Positions 28,185 to 37,845 of a DNA stretch of 64,000 bases are shown one piece after another. The notes beneath the pieces are model-generated. The model worked only from the letters and a program-made list of their open reading frames with translations. It searched no databases and was not told the origin of the DNA. Position 1 is the first letter of the stretch; each line of letters opens with the position of its first letter. A program made the translations under genes and the position numbers. This DNA comes from Candidatus Sericytochromatia bacterium (GTDB lineage: Bacteria; Cyanobacteriota; Sericytochromatia; S15B-MN24; JAQBPE01): positions 32,001-96,000 of the forward strand of contig JAYKHR010000155.1 in assembly GCA_035285125.1 (NCBI GenBank). Reading direction: 5' to 3'.

Positions 28185-29297
28185 TCAGTGGGCCGTGACG
28201 GCCGCCGGGATGCCCTGCGTCTGCAGGCTGCGCATCGCGGCAGCCGCCGCGTAGCGGTTCTTGTAGGCCCCGACGTAGACGCGCGTCATGCCGACGCCGT
28301 GCCCGACGTATGCCGGAATGCCCTGCGAGCGCAGCTGGCTGACGAGCGACTGGGCGTTTCCGGGGTTGGCGAAGCTGCCCACCTGCACGCCGTAGCGGCC
28401 GCGCGCGGCCGCGTGGCGGTGGCTGGCAGCCCTGGGGTGGTGGGCCGCGCCGGCCTGGCCTCCACCCCAGGGGATGTAGGCCGACTGGCCGGAGATCCAC
28501 CCCGTGCCGCGGCTGTAGGCCGGAGCAGCCTGGTAGCGGGCGTGCCAGGTGCGGCTGGCCTTGGAATGACGGCCCTGAGCATAGGAGCCGCGGCCGTGAC
28601 GCTTCCGGTAGGCAGCCAGACGTTGAGCGCGAACCTTTCGGAGGTGGGCCTGACGCTGGGCCCACTTGGATGGGGCCGTCCCCGCTGCCACCTGCGGCCG
28701 GGCCTTCTTCGCGGCCTTCACGGGCGGCTTCGGCGCCACGACGGCCTCAGGCTGGACCCAGCCGTCCTCGCCGGGTTGGCTGGGCTTGAGCACCTCCGGA
28801 TCGGGCGTCGGGACCTTGAACTTGCGCGGCAACGGTTTCGGGGCCTCTGCGCCCTCAGGCTGGCCCTCGGCGGGCTTGTCGGCAGGCTTGTCCGCGGGCG
28901 GTTCGGCAGGCTTGCCGGCCGGCTTGTCGCCTGGAGCCGCCGCCTGCTCCACGGGCTTGGTGTCGCCCGGCGGCGGCGGGGCGGCCTCGCCGGGGGGTGG
29001 GGCCGCGGGGGCGGCAGCCTCCGTGCCGTCGCCACCGAAGTACGAGTTGACGATCTCGTTCATGGCCTCCGGGGCGAGCAGGGTCGCCGCGTAGTAGCCG
29101 CCGAGGCCGACAACGCCGACGCCGGCTAACGCCATGAGGGCGACGCGAACCGCGTTGCCACCGCCATTCTTGGCCGGCTTGGCGCCGTCTTCGTCGCCAC
29201 CTTCGTCGTCGTCTTCGTAGTCGTCGTCGTCGTCGCCGGCGTCGCCGTCGTCTTCTTCGCCGTAGTACTCATCCTGGTCCTCGTCGTACTCAGGCAT
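28185..29297 (-). CDS. SPOR-domain membrane protein
   Basis: Acidic N-terminus, one TM helix, P/K-rich linker, C-terminal YGVQVGSFANPGNA...TRVYVGAY SPOR domain. Confidence 0.85.
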   Translation of the reverse strand: MPEYDEDQDEYYGEEDDGDAGDDDDDYEDDDEGGDEDGAKPAKNGGGNAVRVALMALAGVGVVGLGGYYAATLLAPEAMNEIVNSYFGGDGTEAAAPAAPPPGEAAPPPPGDTKPVEQAAAPGDKPAGKPAEPPADKPADKPAEGQPEGAEAPKPLPRKFKVPTPDPEVLKPSQPGEDGWVQPEAVVAPKPPVKAAKKARPQVAAGTAPSKWAQRQAHLRKVRAQRLAAYRKRHGRGSYAQGRHSKASRTWHARYQAAPAYSRGTGWISGQSAYIPWGGGQAGAAHHPRAASHRHAAARGRYGVQVGSFANPGNAQSLVSQLRSQGIPAYVGHGVGMTRVYVGAYKNRYAAAAAMRSLQTQGIPAAVTAH

Positions 29298-29563
29298 CTC
29301 ACTGCGGAACTCTTGCGGCTCCTGCCGGCGGTTGAAAAACACGAGGGGCCTCCTGTGACACGCCCTGTCCGGCGCCTGCGGGCACGGCGACGGAGCCGGA
29401 ACGCTCCGCGTCGGTGGGGGGCACCCACGAGGCGGGCGCACCGTGACGGATTATACCCCGTCGCTGCTGCGTCTGCCTGCGCCGCCCCCGCAAAAAGTGG
29501 GCGAGGCTCCGCCTGCCGCCGCCGTTATGTTACGATGCAGGCAGCTCCCCAGCGCGTGCCCCG

Positions 29564-30376
29564 ATGCTGTCCACTTCGCCCATCGCCCTGTACGACTCCG
29601 GCCTCGGAGGCCTCTCCGTCTTCCGTGCTCTGGCCGCCCGGCTGCCAGCCGAGTCCCTGCTCTATTTCGGAGACACGGCGCGCGTGCCCTATGGCCCGCG
29701 CCAAGCCGCGGAGATCCTCGCCTTCAACGAGGAGGTCGCCGGCCTGCTGGTGGCGGCAGGCGCGAAGGCCCTCGTCGTGGCCTGCAACACCTCCTCCGCC
29801 ATTGCCCTCCCCGTGCTTGGTCCGACGAGCCCCGTCCCGATGGTGGGCCTGATCGAGGCCGGCGCGCAGGCCGCCATCGAGGCGGCTGGCGGGGGGCCCA
29901 TCGCAGTGATCGCCACGCAGGCCACCGTGCGCAGCGGCGCCTACGGCCGGGCCATCACCGCCCGCGCGCCGGGCACCCCCGTCGTCGAGCTCGCCTGCCC
30001 CACCCTCGTGCCGCTGGTGGAGGCTGGCGACTGGAGCGGGCCCGCCGCCGTGGAGGCCGTCCACGCGGCCCTCGCCCCCCTCGTCGCGGCGCCCCCCGCG
30101 GCCCTCGTGCTCGGCTGCACGCACTACCCCCACCTCACGGCGGCGGTCGCCGAGGTGCTGCCTGGCGTGACCCTCGTCGACCCCGCCACGCGCGTGGCCG
30201 ACACCGTCGCAGCGCTGCTGGGGGAGGCCGGGGGCCTCGCGCCCGAGGGCACCAGGCCCGTGCATCGCCTCTGGGTGAGCGGCGATCCGGCCACATTCCT
30301 GCTGAGCGCCAGGCGACTGGTTGCCGGCCTGCCCGAGTCCGCCACCCTCGTCCCGGTGGCGCAACCCGTCCCTTGA
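29564..30376 (+). CDS. murI: Glutamate racemase
   Basis: DSGLGGLSV, GDTARVPYG, VACNTSS, LGCTHYP. Confidence 0.96.
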   Translation: MLSTSPIALYDSGLGGLSVFRALAARLPAESLLYFGDTARVPYGPRQAAEILAFNEEVAGLLVAAGAKALVVACNTSSAIALPVLGPTSPVPMVGLIEAGAQAAIEAAGGGPIAVIATQATVRSGAYGRAITARAPGTPVVELACPTLVPLVEAGDWSGPAAVEAVHAALAPLVAAPPAALVLGCTHYPHLTAAVAEVLPGVTLVDPATRVADTVAALLGEAGGLAPEGTRPVHRLWVSGDPATFLLSARRLVAGLPESATLVPVAQPVP

Positions 30377-30480
30377 GGCCTTGCCCGGCCCTGGGTGGGT
30401 GCCGAGGGCCGTTCGGCGGGTATAACGCCTGCGTCCTGCGAGGTGCGGCTGCACCCCGCCCCGAGCCCCGGAGTCCCCGC

Positions 30481-31899
30481 TTGAACACCCCTCGCTTGCT
30501 CGTCGGCGCCCTCGTCGCCCCCTTCACGGCCGCGGCCCTGGCGGGCTGCCCGATGCAGCCCGTCATCTTCCAGATCAACCTGGAGAACCCCAACCTGCGC
30601 GTCGGCGAGAAGACGATGCTGCGGCTCGAGGCGCAGGTTGGCTGGTTCCGCCAGCCGTTTTTCTACTACCGGGCTGAGCGCGGCCGGCTGTCGAGCCTCT
30701 CGGGCGAGACGGCGCCGCAAGGCGGCTTCTTGCGGGCCACGAACCAGGTCTGGTACCACGCGCCCTACACCGCCAGCTTCCCGTCGGCCGAGGGCCTGCG
30801 GCAGAACGACACGATCGAGATCATCGCCCAGGACGGCCCCTTCACCACGAGGACCTCGCGCAGCGTCACCATCACGGGCTCGACGGTGGTCTTCGCGAGC
30901 AGCGAGGGCGGCCCCAACGGCACCATCATGACGGCGATCGACTCGGGTGGTGGCCAGATGCAAAGCCAGCCTCAGCCGCTCACGGACCTGACGCAGAAGC
31001 CCCTCAAGGGGGCCTCCCCCGTCATCAGCCCGAACGGCGAGCGCATCGCCTTCGTGGTCTACCCGGGCGACGGCACCAGCAAAATCGCGATGCGCGACGC
31101 GGCCGGGCAGGTGCTGTACCTGACCAACTTCCAGCGCGGCCTCGCCCTTGACCCCGCCTGGAGCCCGGACGGGAACTTCATGCTGTTCGCGAGCAACCAC
31201 GCCGACGACTCTGCGGGCACCTTCGACATCTACATGATGAATGTCGACCAGAACGGGGGCGGCGGGCGGGCCATCACGCGGCTGACGACCAACACCTGGG
31301 ACGAGCGGCACCCGGCTTGGAACCCGGTCCCGACGGCGTCCGAAGACCGCATCATCGCGGTCGCAGCGCGCCGCAACAACGTGAACACGCCTGGGGACCG
31401 CACGCAAAACTGGAACATCTTCCTGATGAACCGGCAGGGCCTCTACACCCGGTCCGTCAGCGACATGCAGGGCGATGGCAGCAACTGGGCCATCGAGCCC
31501 ACGTGGCACCCGAACGGCCAGCTGCTGGCCTACACGCGGTTCGGGCCCGTCGTGAACTACCAGTCGAGCGCCAACAAGTTCCAGCGCATCTTTGTGCAGG
31601 ACCTGACGCAAAGCCCGGCAGTCATCCCGCTGAACATCTCCAACACGGACCCCAACGGCCGCGAGAGCTCGCCCGTGTGGTCGACGGACCGGCTGAACAC
31701 CTTGTACTTCCTGCGCACGGAGGCGAACGCCCCGAACATCTCGCGCGTGTACCAGACGCAGTACCTGCCGGGCAACGTGGGCGGCAACTCCTTCCCGCCA
31801 CAGCTCGTGGCCCCGTTCCAGAGCCTGGGCCTGCCGCTGACGATCGTCGGTGGCACGAACCGGGACATCTCTGGCTATCACCCCATCGACTGGCGCTGA
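30481..31899 (+). CDS. TolB-like (PD40/WD40) beta-propeller lipoprotein
   Basis: TTG start, lipobox ALAGC; PVISPNGERIAF, PAWSPDG, PTWHPNG, SPVWS repeats. Confidence 0.82.
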   Translation: MNTPRLLVGALVAPFTAAALAGCPMQPVIFQINLENPNLRVGEKTMLRLEAQVGWFRQPFFYYRAERGRLSSLSGETAPQGGFLRATNQVWYHAPYTASFPSAEGLRQNDTIEIIAQDGPFTTRTSRSVTITGSTVVFASSEGGPNGTIMTAIDSGGGQMQSQPQPLTDLTQKPLKGASPVISPNGERIAFVVYPGDGTSKIAMRDAAGQVLYLTNFQRGLALDPAWSPDGNFMLFASNHADDSAGTFDIYMMNVDQNGGGGRAITRLTTNTWDERHPAWNPVPTASEDRIIAVAARRNNVNTPGDRTQNWNIFLMNRQGLYTRSVSDMQGDGSNWAIEPTWHPNGQLLAYTRFGPVVNYQSSANKFQRIFVQDLTQSPAVIPLNISNTDPNGRESSPVWSTDRLNTLYFLRTEANAPNISRVYQTQYLPGNVGGNSFPPQLVAPFQSLGLPLTIVGGTNRDISGYHPIDWR

Positions 31900-31923
31900 A
31901 CGCCGCCCTGGAAAGGACCCCGC

Positions 31924-33438
31924 GTGCTCCGTCACCTCGCCCAGACGTGTCTGGCCGCCGCCCTGATCGTGGCAGGGCCCGTCACCCTCCCGGCCCAAGC
32001 TGCGCCAGAGGCGCTGACCATTCTGCACACCAACGACACACACGACCACCTCGAGGCCTTCGACGTGAGCGGCCAGAAGGACATTGGCGGCATCGCCCGC
32101 CGCGCCACGCTTTTCAGGCGCATTCGCAAGGAAACACCCGCGACGCTGGTGCTCGACGCCGGGGACGTCTTTCAGGGCACGCCGCTGTTCAACTTCTATT
32201 CGGGCGAGCCCGACTACCTCACGATGGCGCAGGCCGGCTATGACGCCGTCACCGTGGGCAACCACGACCTGGACAACGGGCTGGACAACCTGCGACTGCA
32301 GGCTGAGCACCTGGGGAAAGGCCGCGGCCCGATTTCAGCCAACATGCGGGACGACCGAGGCAAGCCGCTCTTCGAGAGCCACCGCGTGCTGACGGTCGGG
32401 AAGCTGAAGGTCGCCGTGATCGGCGCGCTCGGGGTGGAGGCCTTCCACGCCGTCGCCGAGCCCCGTCGCCGGGGCGTCCAGGTCAACGACCCGCTGCAGG
32501 CGCTCCGGCCGCTGATCCAGAAGCTCCGGCCGACCGTCGACCTCGTGGTCTTGCTGACGCACATCGGCCACGAGGCGGAGGTGGAGCTCGCCCAGGCGCT
32601 GCCGGAGGTGGACCTGATCGTCGGCGGCCACAGCCACACCAAGGTCGAGGCCCCCGTGGTCGTCAAGCACCCCGGCCGGAACACCCTCGTCGTGCAGGCC
32701 TTCCAGTGGGGCCAGTTCGTGGGCCGGCTCGACCTGCAGGTGGAAGGCCGCAAAATCGTGAGCCACCGCGGCCAGCTGCTGCCCGTGTCCACCGACATCC
32801 AGCCCGACCCGGGCGTGGCTGCAACCGTGTCACGCTACGCGGACCGCATCGCCATCGAGATGCGCCAGGTGGTCGGTCGGGCCGAGGTGGAATTCCCCAA
32901 CAACCGGAAGCGCGAAGGCGACACCCCCCTGGGCAACCTCGTGGCAGACGTCATGCGCGAGTCGATGGGGGCCGACGTCGGGATCATGAACTCGGGGGGA
33001 ATCCGGGCGGCCCTGCCGAAGGGCGACCTCACGCGCGGCATGGTGTTCTCGATGCTGCCCTTCGAGAACTATCTGGTGACCTTCTCGTGCAGCGGGGTCG
33101 AGCTCCAGCGCATCCTGGACTTCGCCGCCAGCCGCTACGGCAAGTCCGGCAGCCTGCAGGTCTCGGGCGTGCGTTACGTCGTCGACGGGGAGCGGGCCAC
33201 GGAGGTCGTGGTGGGCGACAAGCCCCTGGACCTCGCGGCACAGTACCGTGTGACGACCAACGACTACATCGCGCAGGGGAATGACGGGGCCGACGTGTTC
33301 CGCGCGATCACGGGGGTGGGCAACACGGGGGTGCTGATGCGCGACGCGTTCCTGCAGCGGCTCCTCCGCAACCCGGTGCTGACGATGCCAGCTGGCGGCC
33401 GCATCCGGAAGCGCGAGGCGGTGCCGGCCGCCCCCTGA
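31924..33438 (+). CDS. Secreted 5'-nucleotidase / bifunctional metallophosphatase
   Basis: Signal peptide; ILHTNDTH, DAGDVFQG, GNHD, GGHSH, GNLVAD, NSGGIR, LPFEN. Confidence 0.93.
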   Translation: MLRHLAQTCLAAALIVAGPVTLPAQAAPEALTILHTNDTHDHLEAFDVSGQKDIGGIARRATLFRRIRKETPATLVLDAGDVFQGTPLFNFYSGEPDYLTMAQAGYDAVTVGNHDLDNGLDNLRLQAEHLGKGRGPISANMRDDRGKPLFESHRVLTVGKLKVAVIGALGVEAFHAVAEPRRRGVQVNDPLQALRPLIQKLRPTVDLVVLLTHIGHEAEVELAQALPEVDLIVGGHSHTKVEAPVVVKHPGRNTLVVQAFQWGQFVGRLDLQVEGRKIVSHRGQLLPVSTDIQPDPGVAATVSRYADRIAIEMRQVVGRAEVEFPNNRKREGDTPLGNLVADVMRESMGADVGIMNSGGIRAALPKGDLTRGMVFSMLPFENYLVTFSCSGVELQRILDFAASRYGKSGSLQVSGVRYVVDGERATEVVVGDKPLDLAAQYRVTTNDYIAQGNDGADVFRAITGVGNTGVLMRDAFLQRLLRNPVLTMPAGGRIRKREAVPAAP

Positions 33439-33442
33439 GCCG

Positions 33443-34852
33443 TCAGGGGGTGGGCGGCTCGGCTGGAGGCTGTTCGGCAGCCTGTCGCGCGGCCGGCTTC
33501 CAGGCGCCTGCCGCCTTGCGAGAGGCCTTGCGGGCCTTGCCCTTGGCTTTCTGACGGGCCGTCGGGCCGGCAGCGGCCTTCCGCTTCTTGGGCGGTCGGG
33601 CCCCCGTGGCGGCAGCCTCCTGGGCCTCCGCCCGCTCGGCGTTGCGCGCCCGCTGCTCGCGGGCCTTGCGGGCCTCCCGACGGACGTCCTGCTCCGTGGC
33701 GGGCCGCAACTCCCCGAAGATGTAGACGGGCCGGTCGAAGGTCAGGCCGAGGTCGCGCTCCAGCACTGAGAGAAATCGCTGCTCAGCGGGATCGACCAGG
33801 CTGATGGCCGTGCCCTCCCGCCCCATCCGGGCCGTTCGCCCCACCCGGTGCGTGTAGTCCGCCGCCGTCCGCGGCAGGTCCAGGTTCAGCACCAGGCTCA
33901 CGCCACCCAGGTCCAGCCCGCGGGCCGCGAGCTCGGTCGCGACCAGCACCTGCAGCTTGCCCGCCCGGAAGGCCCGCATCGCCTCGGCCCGGGCCAGCTT
34001 GTTCATGCCCGCGTGAAGCCCCGCGGCCCGCACCCCGTGGTGCACCAGCTTGGCCACGAGCCAGTCGATGTCGGCAGCCCGGTTGAAAAAGGCGATCGCC
34101 CCCGTGGGCGCCAGGTGCGCGACGAGCTTCCGCAGCATGGGCAGCTGGTCCCGCTCATCGACGAGCAGCACCTGGTGGCGCAGCGTCGCGGGCAGGGTGA
34201 GGTCGGCCGCCGCGCGCAGCGTGGTGGGCGCGCGCATCAGGCCCTCGGCCCAGCGGGCGGCGTCGTCGGCGATGGTGGCCGAGGCCCCGACCACCTGCCG
34301 CGAGCCGGGCGTCCCCATCACGATGGCCGACGCATCGCCCCGGTGGGCGGGCTCGGCAAGGCGATCGACCTCGTCGAGCACCACGGCCCGACAGGCCGCG
34401 AGCGAGACCGCCCCACGCCCCAGCATATCTGTGACGCGTCCCGGCGTCCCGACCAGCACGTCGGCGCCCCGCTTCAAGGCCTCCACCTGGCGGGCGGGGT
34501 TCGCCCCGCCGATGACGGCCACGACCCGCTGCTCCGTGCCCTCAAGCAACCTGCGCGCCACCTCCCGGACCTGGATGCCAAGCTCCTGCGTGGGGACGAG
34601 GACCACCAGGCGAGGCGTGGCGGGCCGTCCAGGGGCCGGCGGGGGAGGCACAGGGCCCGTGAGGCGGGCCAGCAAGGGCAACACGTAGGCGAGCGTCTTG
34701 CCGCTGCCCGTCTGGGCGGCCAGCAGCGCATCCTTGCCCGTCAGCAGCACCGGCAAAGCCAGCGCCTGGATGGGAGACGGCACCCGAATGCCGTCAGCCG
34801 CAAGCCGCTCCGCATAGGCCGGCACCATGGAGAAGTCCGTCAGCTCGCTCAT
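33443..34852 (-). CDS. DEAD/DEAH-box RNA helicase
   Basis: Q-motif PSPIQ, AQTGSGKT, PTQEL, TPGR, DEVD, SAT, ARGLD, HRVGRTAR; basic C-terminal tail. Confidence 0.93.
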   Translation of the reverse strand: MSELTDFSMVPAYAERLAADGIRVPSPIQALALPVLLTGKDALLAAQTGSGKTLAYVLPLLARLTGPVPPPPAPGRPATPRLVVLVPTQELGIQVREVARRLLEGTEQRVVAVIGGANPARQVEALKRGADVLVGTPGRVTDMLGRGAVSLAACRAVVLDEVDRLAEPAHRGDASAIVMGTPGSRQVVGASATIADDAARWAEGLMRAPTTLRAAADLTLPATLRHQVLLVDERDQLPMLRKLVAHLAPTGAIAFFNRAADIDWLVAKLVHHGVRAAGLHAGMNKLARAEAMRAFRAGKLQVLVATELAARGLDLGGVSLVLNLDLPRTAADYTHRVGRTARMGREGTAISLVDPAEQRFLSVLERDLGLTFDRPVYIFGELRPATEQDVRREARKAREQRARNAERAEAQEAAATGARPPKKRKAAAGPTARQKAKGKARKASRKAAGAWKPAARQAAEQPPAEPPTP

Positions 34853-34909
34853 GGGCTGCATCGTACCACGCCATGCAGACGGGCCTCACGGGGCCGTACA
34901 ATGGGCGCC

Positions 34910-36106
34910 ATGCCCCAGCTTCCCGCCCCCCGCAGCGAGCCGGACCCACCAGGTGCCCCGGTGCCTCCCGAGGTGGCCCGGTTGCTTACCCCGGAGCCTG
35001 CCCTGGCAAGGCGCAGCGGGGGGCGCGATCGCTCCCTCGACATGCTGAGGGGGGCCGCCGTGGTCGTGATGGTGGTGGACCACCTTGTCGGCCATTCCTG
35101 GCTGCACCAGGCCACCCTTGGCACGCTTTACGTCACGGCGGCCGAGGGCTTCGTGTTCTGCTCGGGGCTGGCGCTCGGCCAGCGCTGCGCCCAGCGCCTG
35201 GCCCGGAGCGGCCTCGGGGGCGTCGCGACGGCGGCCTGGCGGCGGGCGTTGCTGCTGTGGGGCTGCGCCTCGGTGCTGCTGGTGGCGGTGGGCACGCTGG
35301 CCTGGGCGGTGCCGGGGGCCGGCCGGCCCGTCTTCGAGGCCCCGCCGCCGGGCCTTCTCCAGCTGTGGGTGGGGGCGCTGACGCTGCAACTCGCCCCACC
35401 GCTGCTCGACATCTTGCCAATGTACGTCGGGTTTCTGGCCCTCACGCCCTTCCTGGCCGCGCTGGCGGCGCGGGGCGCCTGGCCGATCGCCCTGGGACTG
35501 TCCGCCCTCGCCTGGGGCGTGAACTGGCTGGAGCCCTACGCGCTGAGCACGCCGCCGCTGGACCGGGACGGCCGAACCTACTTCCCCCTCGCCTCCTGGC
35601 AGGTGCTCTTCGTCGTGACCTTCCTCGCAGGCTGGCACCGGGAGCAGCTCACCCGGGCGTGGGCCTGGGTGCCGCCCGTGGGCTGGGCCCTCAGCGGCGG
35701 GTTGATCACCGTCGCGCTGGCCGTGGCCGCCGGCCACGACGCAACGCTCGGCGCCTGGCCGGCGACGTCCCCGGAGCGAGCCTCCTGGCTGGCCGCCACC
35801 GACCGCAGCTTGCTCGGGCCTTTGCGCCTGATGGCCGTCGCGGCCTTCTTCCCTCTCGCGTGGCGGGGCCTCGAGGTCGGGGGCGAGCGGCTGGCGGCCT
35901 GGCTGGGACCCGCGCTGCTGCCACTCGGGCGTCACGCCCTGTATGCCTACTTGATGCACATCCCGCTGGTGCTCGGCTGGACGGCCTGGGTGGCGCCCCG
36001 CCTCGGTGGCCAGGCCTGGCTCGCGACGCTCGGGCAACTCGCCGTGGTCGCAGCCCTGATCGCGATGGTCCGGCGGCGGTGGCTCTTCACCTGGGTGCCA
36101 AGCTAG
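34910..36106 (+). CDS. OpgC-domain membrane protein (glucan succinyltransferase-like)
   Basis: RDRSLDMLRG...VVDH, AAEGFVFCSG, DILPMYV, WQVLF, LGRHALYAY; multiple TM helices. Confidence 0.82.
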   Translation: MPQLPAPRSEPDPPGAPVPPEVARLLTPEPALARRSGGRDRSLDMLRGAAVVVMVVDHLVGHSWLHQATLGTLYVTAAEGFVFCSGLALGQRCAQRLARSGLGGVATAAWRRALLLWGCASVLLVAVGTLAWAVPGAGRPVFEAPPPGLLQLWVGALTLQLAPPLLDILPMYVGFLALTPFLAALAARGAWPIALGLSALAWGVNWLEPYALSTPPLDRDGRTYFPLASWQVLFVVTFLAGWHREQLTRAWAWVPPVGWALSGGLITVALAVAAGHDATLGAWPATSPERASWLAATDRSLLGPLRLMAVAAFFPLAWRGLEVGGERLAAWLGPALLPLGRHALYAYLMHIPLVLGWTAWVAPRLGGQAWLATLGQLAVVAALIAMVRRRWLFTWVPS

Positions 36107-36276
36107 GGACCAGCCACCACGTCAGCACCGCGACCACCGAGAAGCTGCCCCAATCGCTGCCAACCCACAGGGGGCACCGAGACCGTCAAAGAGCTGCCCC
36201 AAGCCCCTCCGATTCCGACCGTCGGTAGGGCGACCGCGAGGGAGCGGCCCCGAAACACCCCGACTCACAGGCAACG

Positions 36277-36302
36277 AAAAAAGGGCCGCCCGAAGGCGGC
36301 CC
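36277..36302 (-). terminator. Rho-independent terminator of the S8 peptidase gene
   Basis: On the minus strand GGGCCGCC-ttcg-GGCGGCCC followed by TTTTTT. Confidence 0.85.
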
Positions 36303-36324
36303 CCAAGCTGCAAGCAGCAGCCAA

Positions 36325-37548
36325 CTACTGGGTGATGGCGCGACCGACGTTGATCCGGCCGTGGCCGAAGTACTTGTCGAAGCCCTTGTCGCCGAGGTCG
36401 TCGGCGGTCTTCTCGATCCGCTCCTTGAGCTGGGCAGCCGTGAAGGAGGGGTTGGCGCTCTTCACGAGGGCCGCGAGGCCAGCGGTGTGCGGGCAGGCCA
36501 TCGAGGTGCCGGACAGGGACCTGTAGCCGCCACCGGGGACGGTCGACAGGATGTCCGAGCCAGGGGCGCCGACGGAGATGTGCTTGCCGAAGTTGGAGAA
36601 CGACGAGCGGACATCAGCGCTGGTGGTCGCACCCACGGCCATCACGCCAGGGGCAGCGGCGGGGTAGCTAGGACGCTCGGAGTTGTCGTTGCCCATCGCG
36701 GCCACGACGAGCGAGCCCTTGCTCATGGCGTTCTTCACGGCGTCGTCGATGACGGCGGAGGACTGCGGGCCACCGAGGCTCATCGAGATGACCTGGCAGC
36801 CCTGCTCGCCAGCGTAGATGATGCCGTTGGCAACGCCAGCGTAGGAGCCGGAACCCGACTTCGACAGCACCTTCACGGCCACCATCGAGACGTTGGGCGC
36901 CACGCCGACCACGCCACCGTTGTTGATGCCGGCGCCGACGGAGCCCGCGCAGTGGGTGCCGTGGTAGTGGTCGTCGAAGGCGTCGTCGTCGTTGTTGACG
37001 AAGTCCTTGCCCTTGGCGACGCGGCCGCCGAAGTCGGCGTGCTTGTAGTCGATGCCGGTGTCAACCACGCCCACCTTCACGTCGGTGGAGCCCGTCGTGA
37101 CGGCCCACGCCTTGGCGGCCTCGGTCTTCTCCATGCCCCACAGCTTGCCAAGCAGGTCGTCGCCGTTCTGGAGGGCGAAGGCCAGGTTCGGGGTGGCGCT
37201 GCGGCCGCCGATGATGCGAGCGATGTAGTTGGGCTCGGCGTAGGCGACGGTGGGATCCTTGCGGAGGGCGGCGATGGTGGCGGCCGGGTTGGCGGCCTTC
37301 ACGACGACGGCCTCGATCCGCTCGACCTTGGAGACGGCCTTGAGGCCCATCTTCTGCAGCACGGACTGGCGGCTGCGGGCGTCGTTGAACTTCACAACGA
37401 CCTCGCCGGGGACGGCGTTCGCCATCATGTCGCCAGCGCGCTGGCCGGCGAAGTTGAGGCCGTTCGGCGACATGCCGCAGCCCACGAGGGCAAGGGTGGA
37501 GACGGTGGCGGAGGTCAGCAGGACGACCTTCTTCGTGCCGTTCATCAT
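36325..37548 (-). CDS. Subtilisin-family (S8) serine peptidase lipoprotein
   Basis: Lipobox LVGC; propeptide; catalytic triad VVDTGID, HGTHCAG, SGTSMACPH. Confidence 0.95.
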   Translation of the reverse strand: MMNGTKKVVLLTSATVSTLALVGCGMSPNGLNFAGQRAGDMMANAVPGEVVVKFNDARSRQSVLQKMGLKAVSKVERIEAVVVKAANPAATIAALRKDPTVAYAEPNYIARIIGGRSATPNLAFALQNGDDLLGKLWGMEKTEAAKAWAVTTGSTDVKVGVVDTGIDYKHADFGGRVAKGKDFVNNDDDAFDDHYHGTHCAGSVGAGINNGGVVGVAPNVSMVAVKVLSKSGSGSYAGVANGIIYAGEQGCQVISMSLGGPQSSAVIDDAVKNAMSKGSLVVAAMGNDNSERPSYPAAAPGVMAVGATTSADVRSSFSNFGKHISVGAPGSDILSTVPGGGYRSLSGTSMACPHTAGLAALVKSANPSFTAAQLKERIEKTADDLGDKGFDKYFGHGRINVGRAITQ

Positions 37549-37608
37549 CGGTGTCGAATCTCCTCGTGGGCCAGCGTGGCCGTGGGCAACAGCAGTGTTG
37601 TACCGGAC

Positions 37609-37696
37609 TTAAGGTTTGGTTAACCTTGTTGAACTGACTTTAACACTCCCCAAATCCGGATGCAAGACATCGATCACATATTTAACCACACCTTAA
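37609..37696. promoter_or_regulatory. Phased TTAA direct repeats (putative OmpR/PhoB-family binding sites)
   Basis: TTAA at 37609, 37620, 37640, 37682 and 37693, including TTTAACCA-cac-CTTAAACA, in an AT-rich divergent intergenic region. Confidence 0.55.
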
Positions 37697-37797
37697 ACAA
37701 GAGGAGGGCCTGGGAAATTCCTTATTATGGCGGATCTGCCACGCGTGCCGCGCGGCCGCCGCTGCGGCGCCTGTAACAGAACGTGCAGGGGGGCGCG

Positions 37798-37806
37798 TGC
37801 TATAAT
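37798..37806 (+). promoter_or_regulatory. Extended -10 promoter for the TPR operon
   Basis: TGCTATAAT about 40 bp upstream of ATG 37846. Confidence 0.6.
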
Positions 37807-37845
37807 CGCCCCGCTGCGCCCTTCGCGCCTCGACGCAACACCCCA

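Noticed and set aside
36107..36276. AGCTGCCCCAA repeated at 36143 and 36192 between convergent genes
   Set aside because: Only two short copies with no array or inverted ends; insufficient evidence of function.
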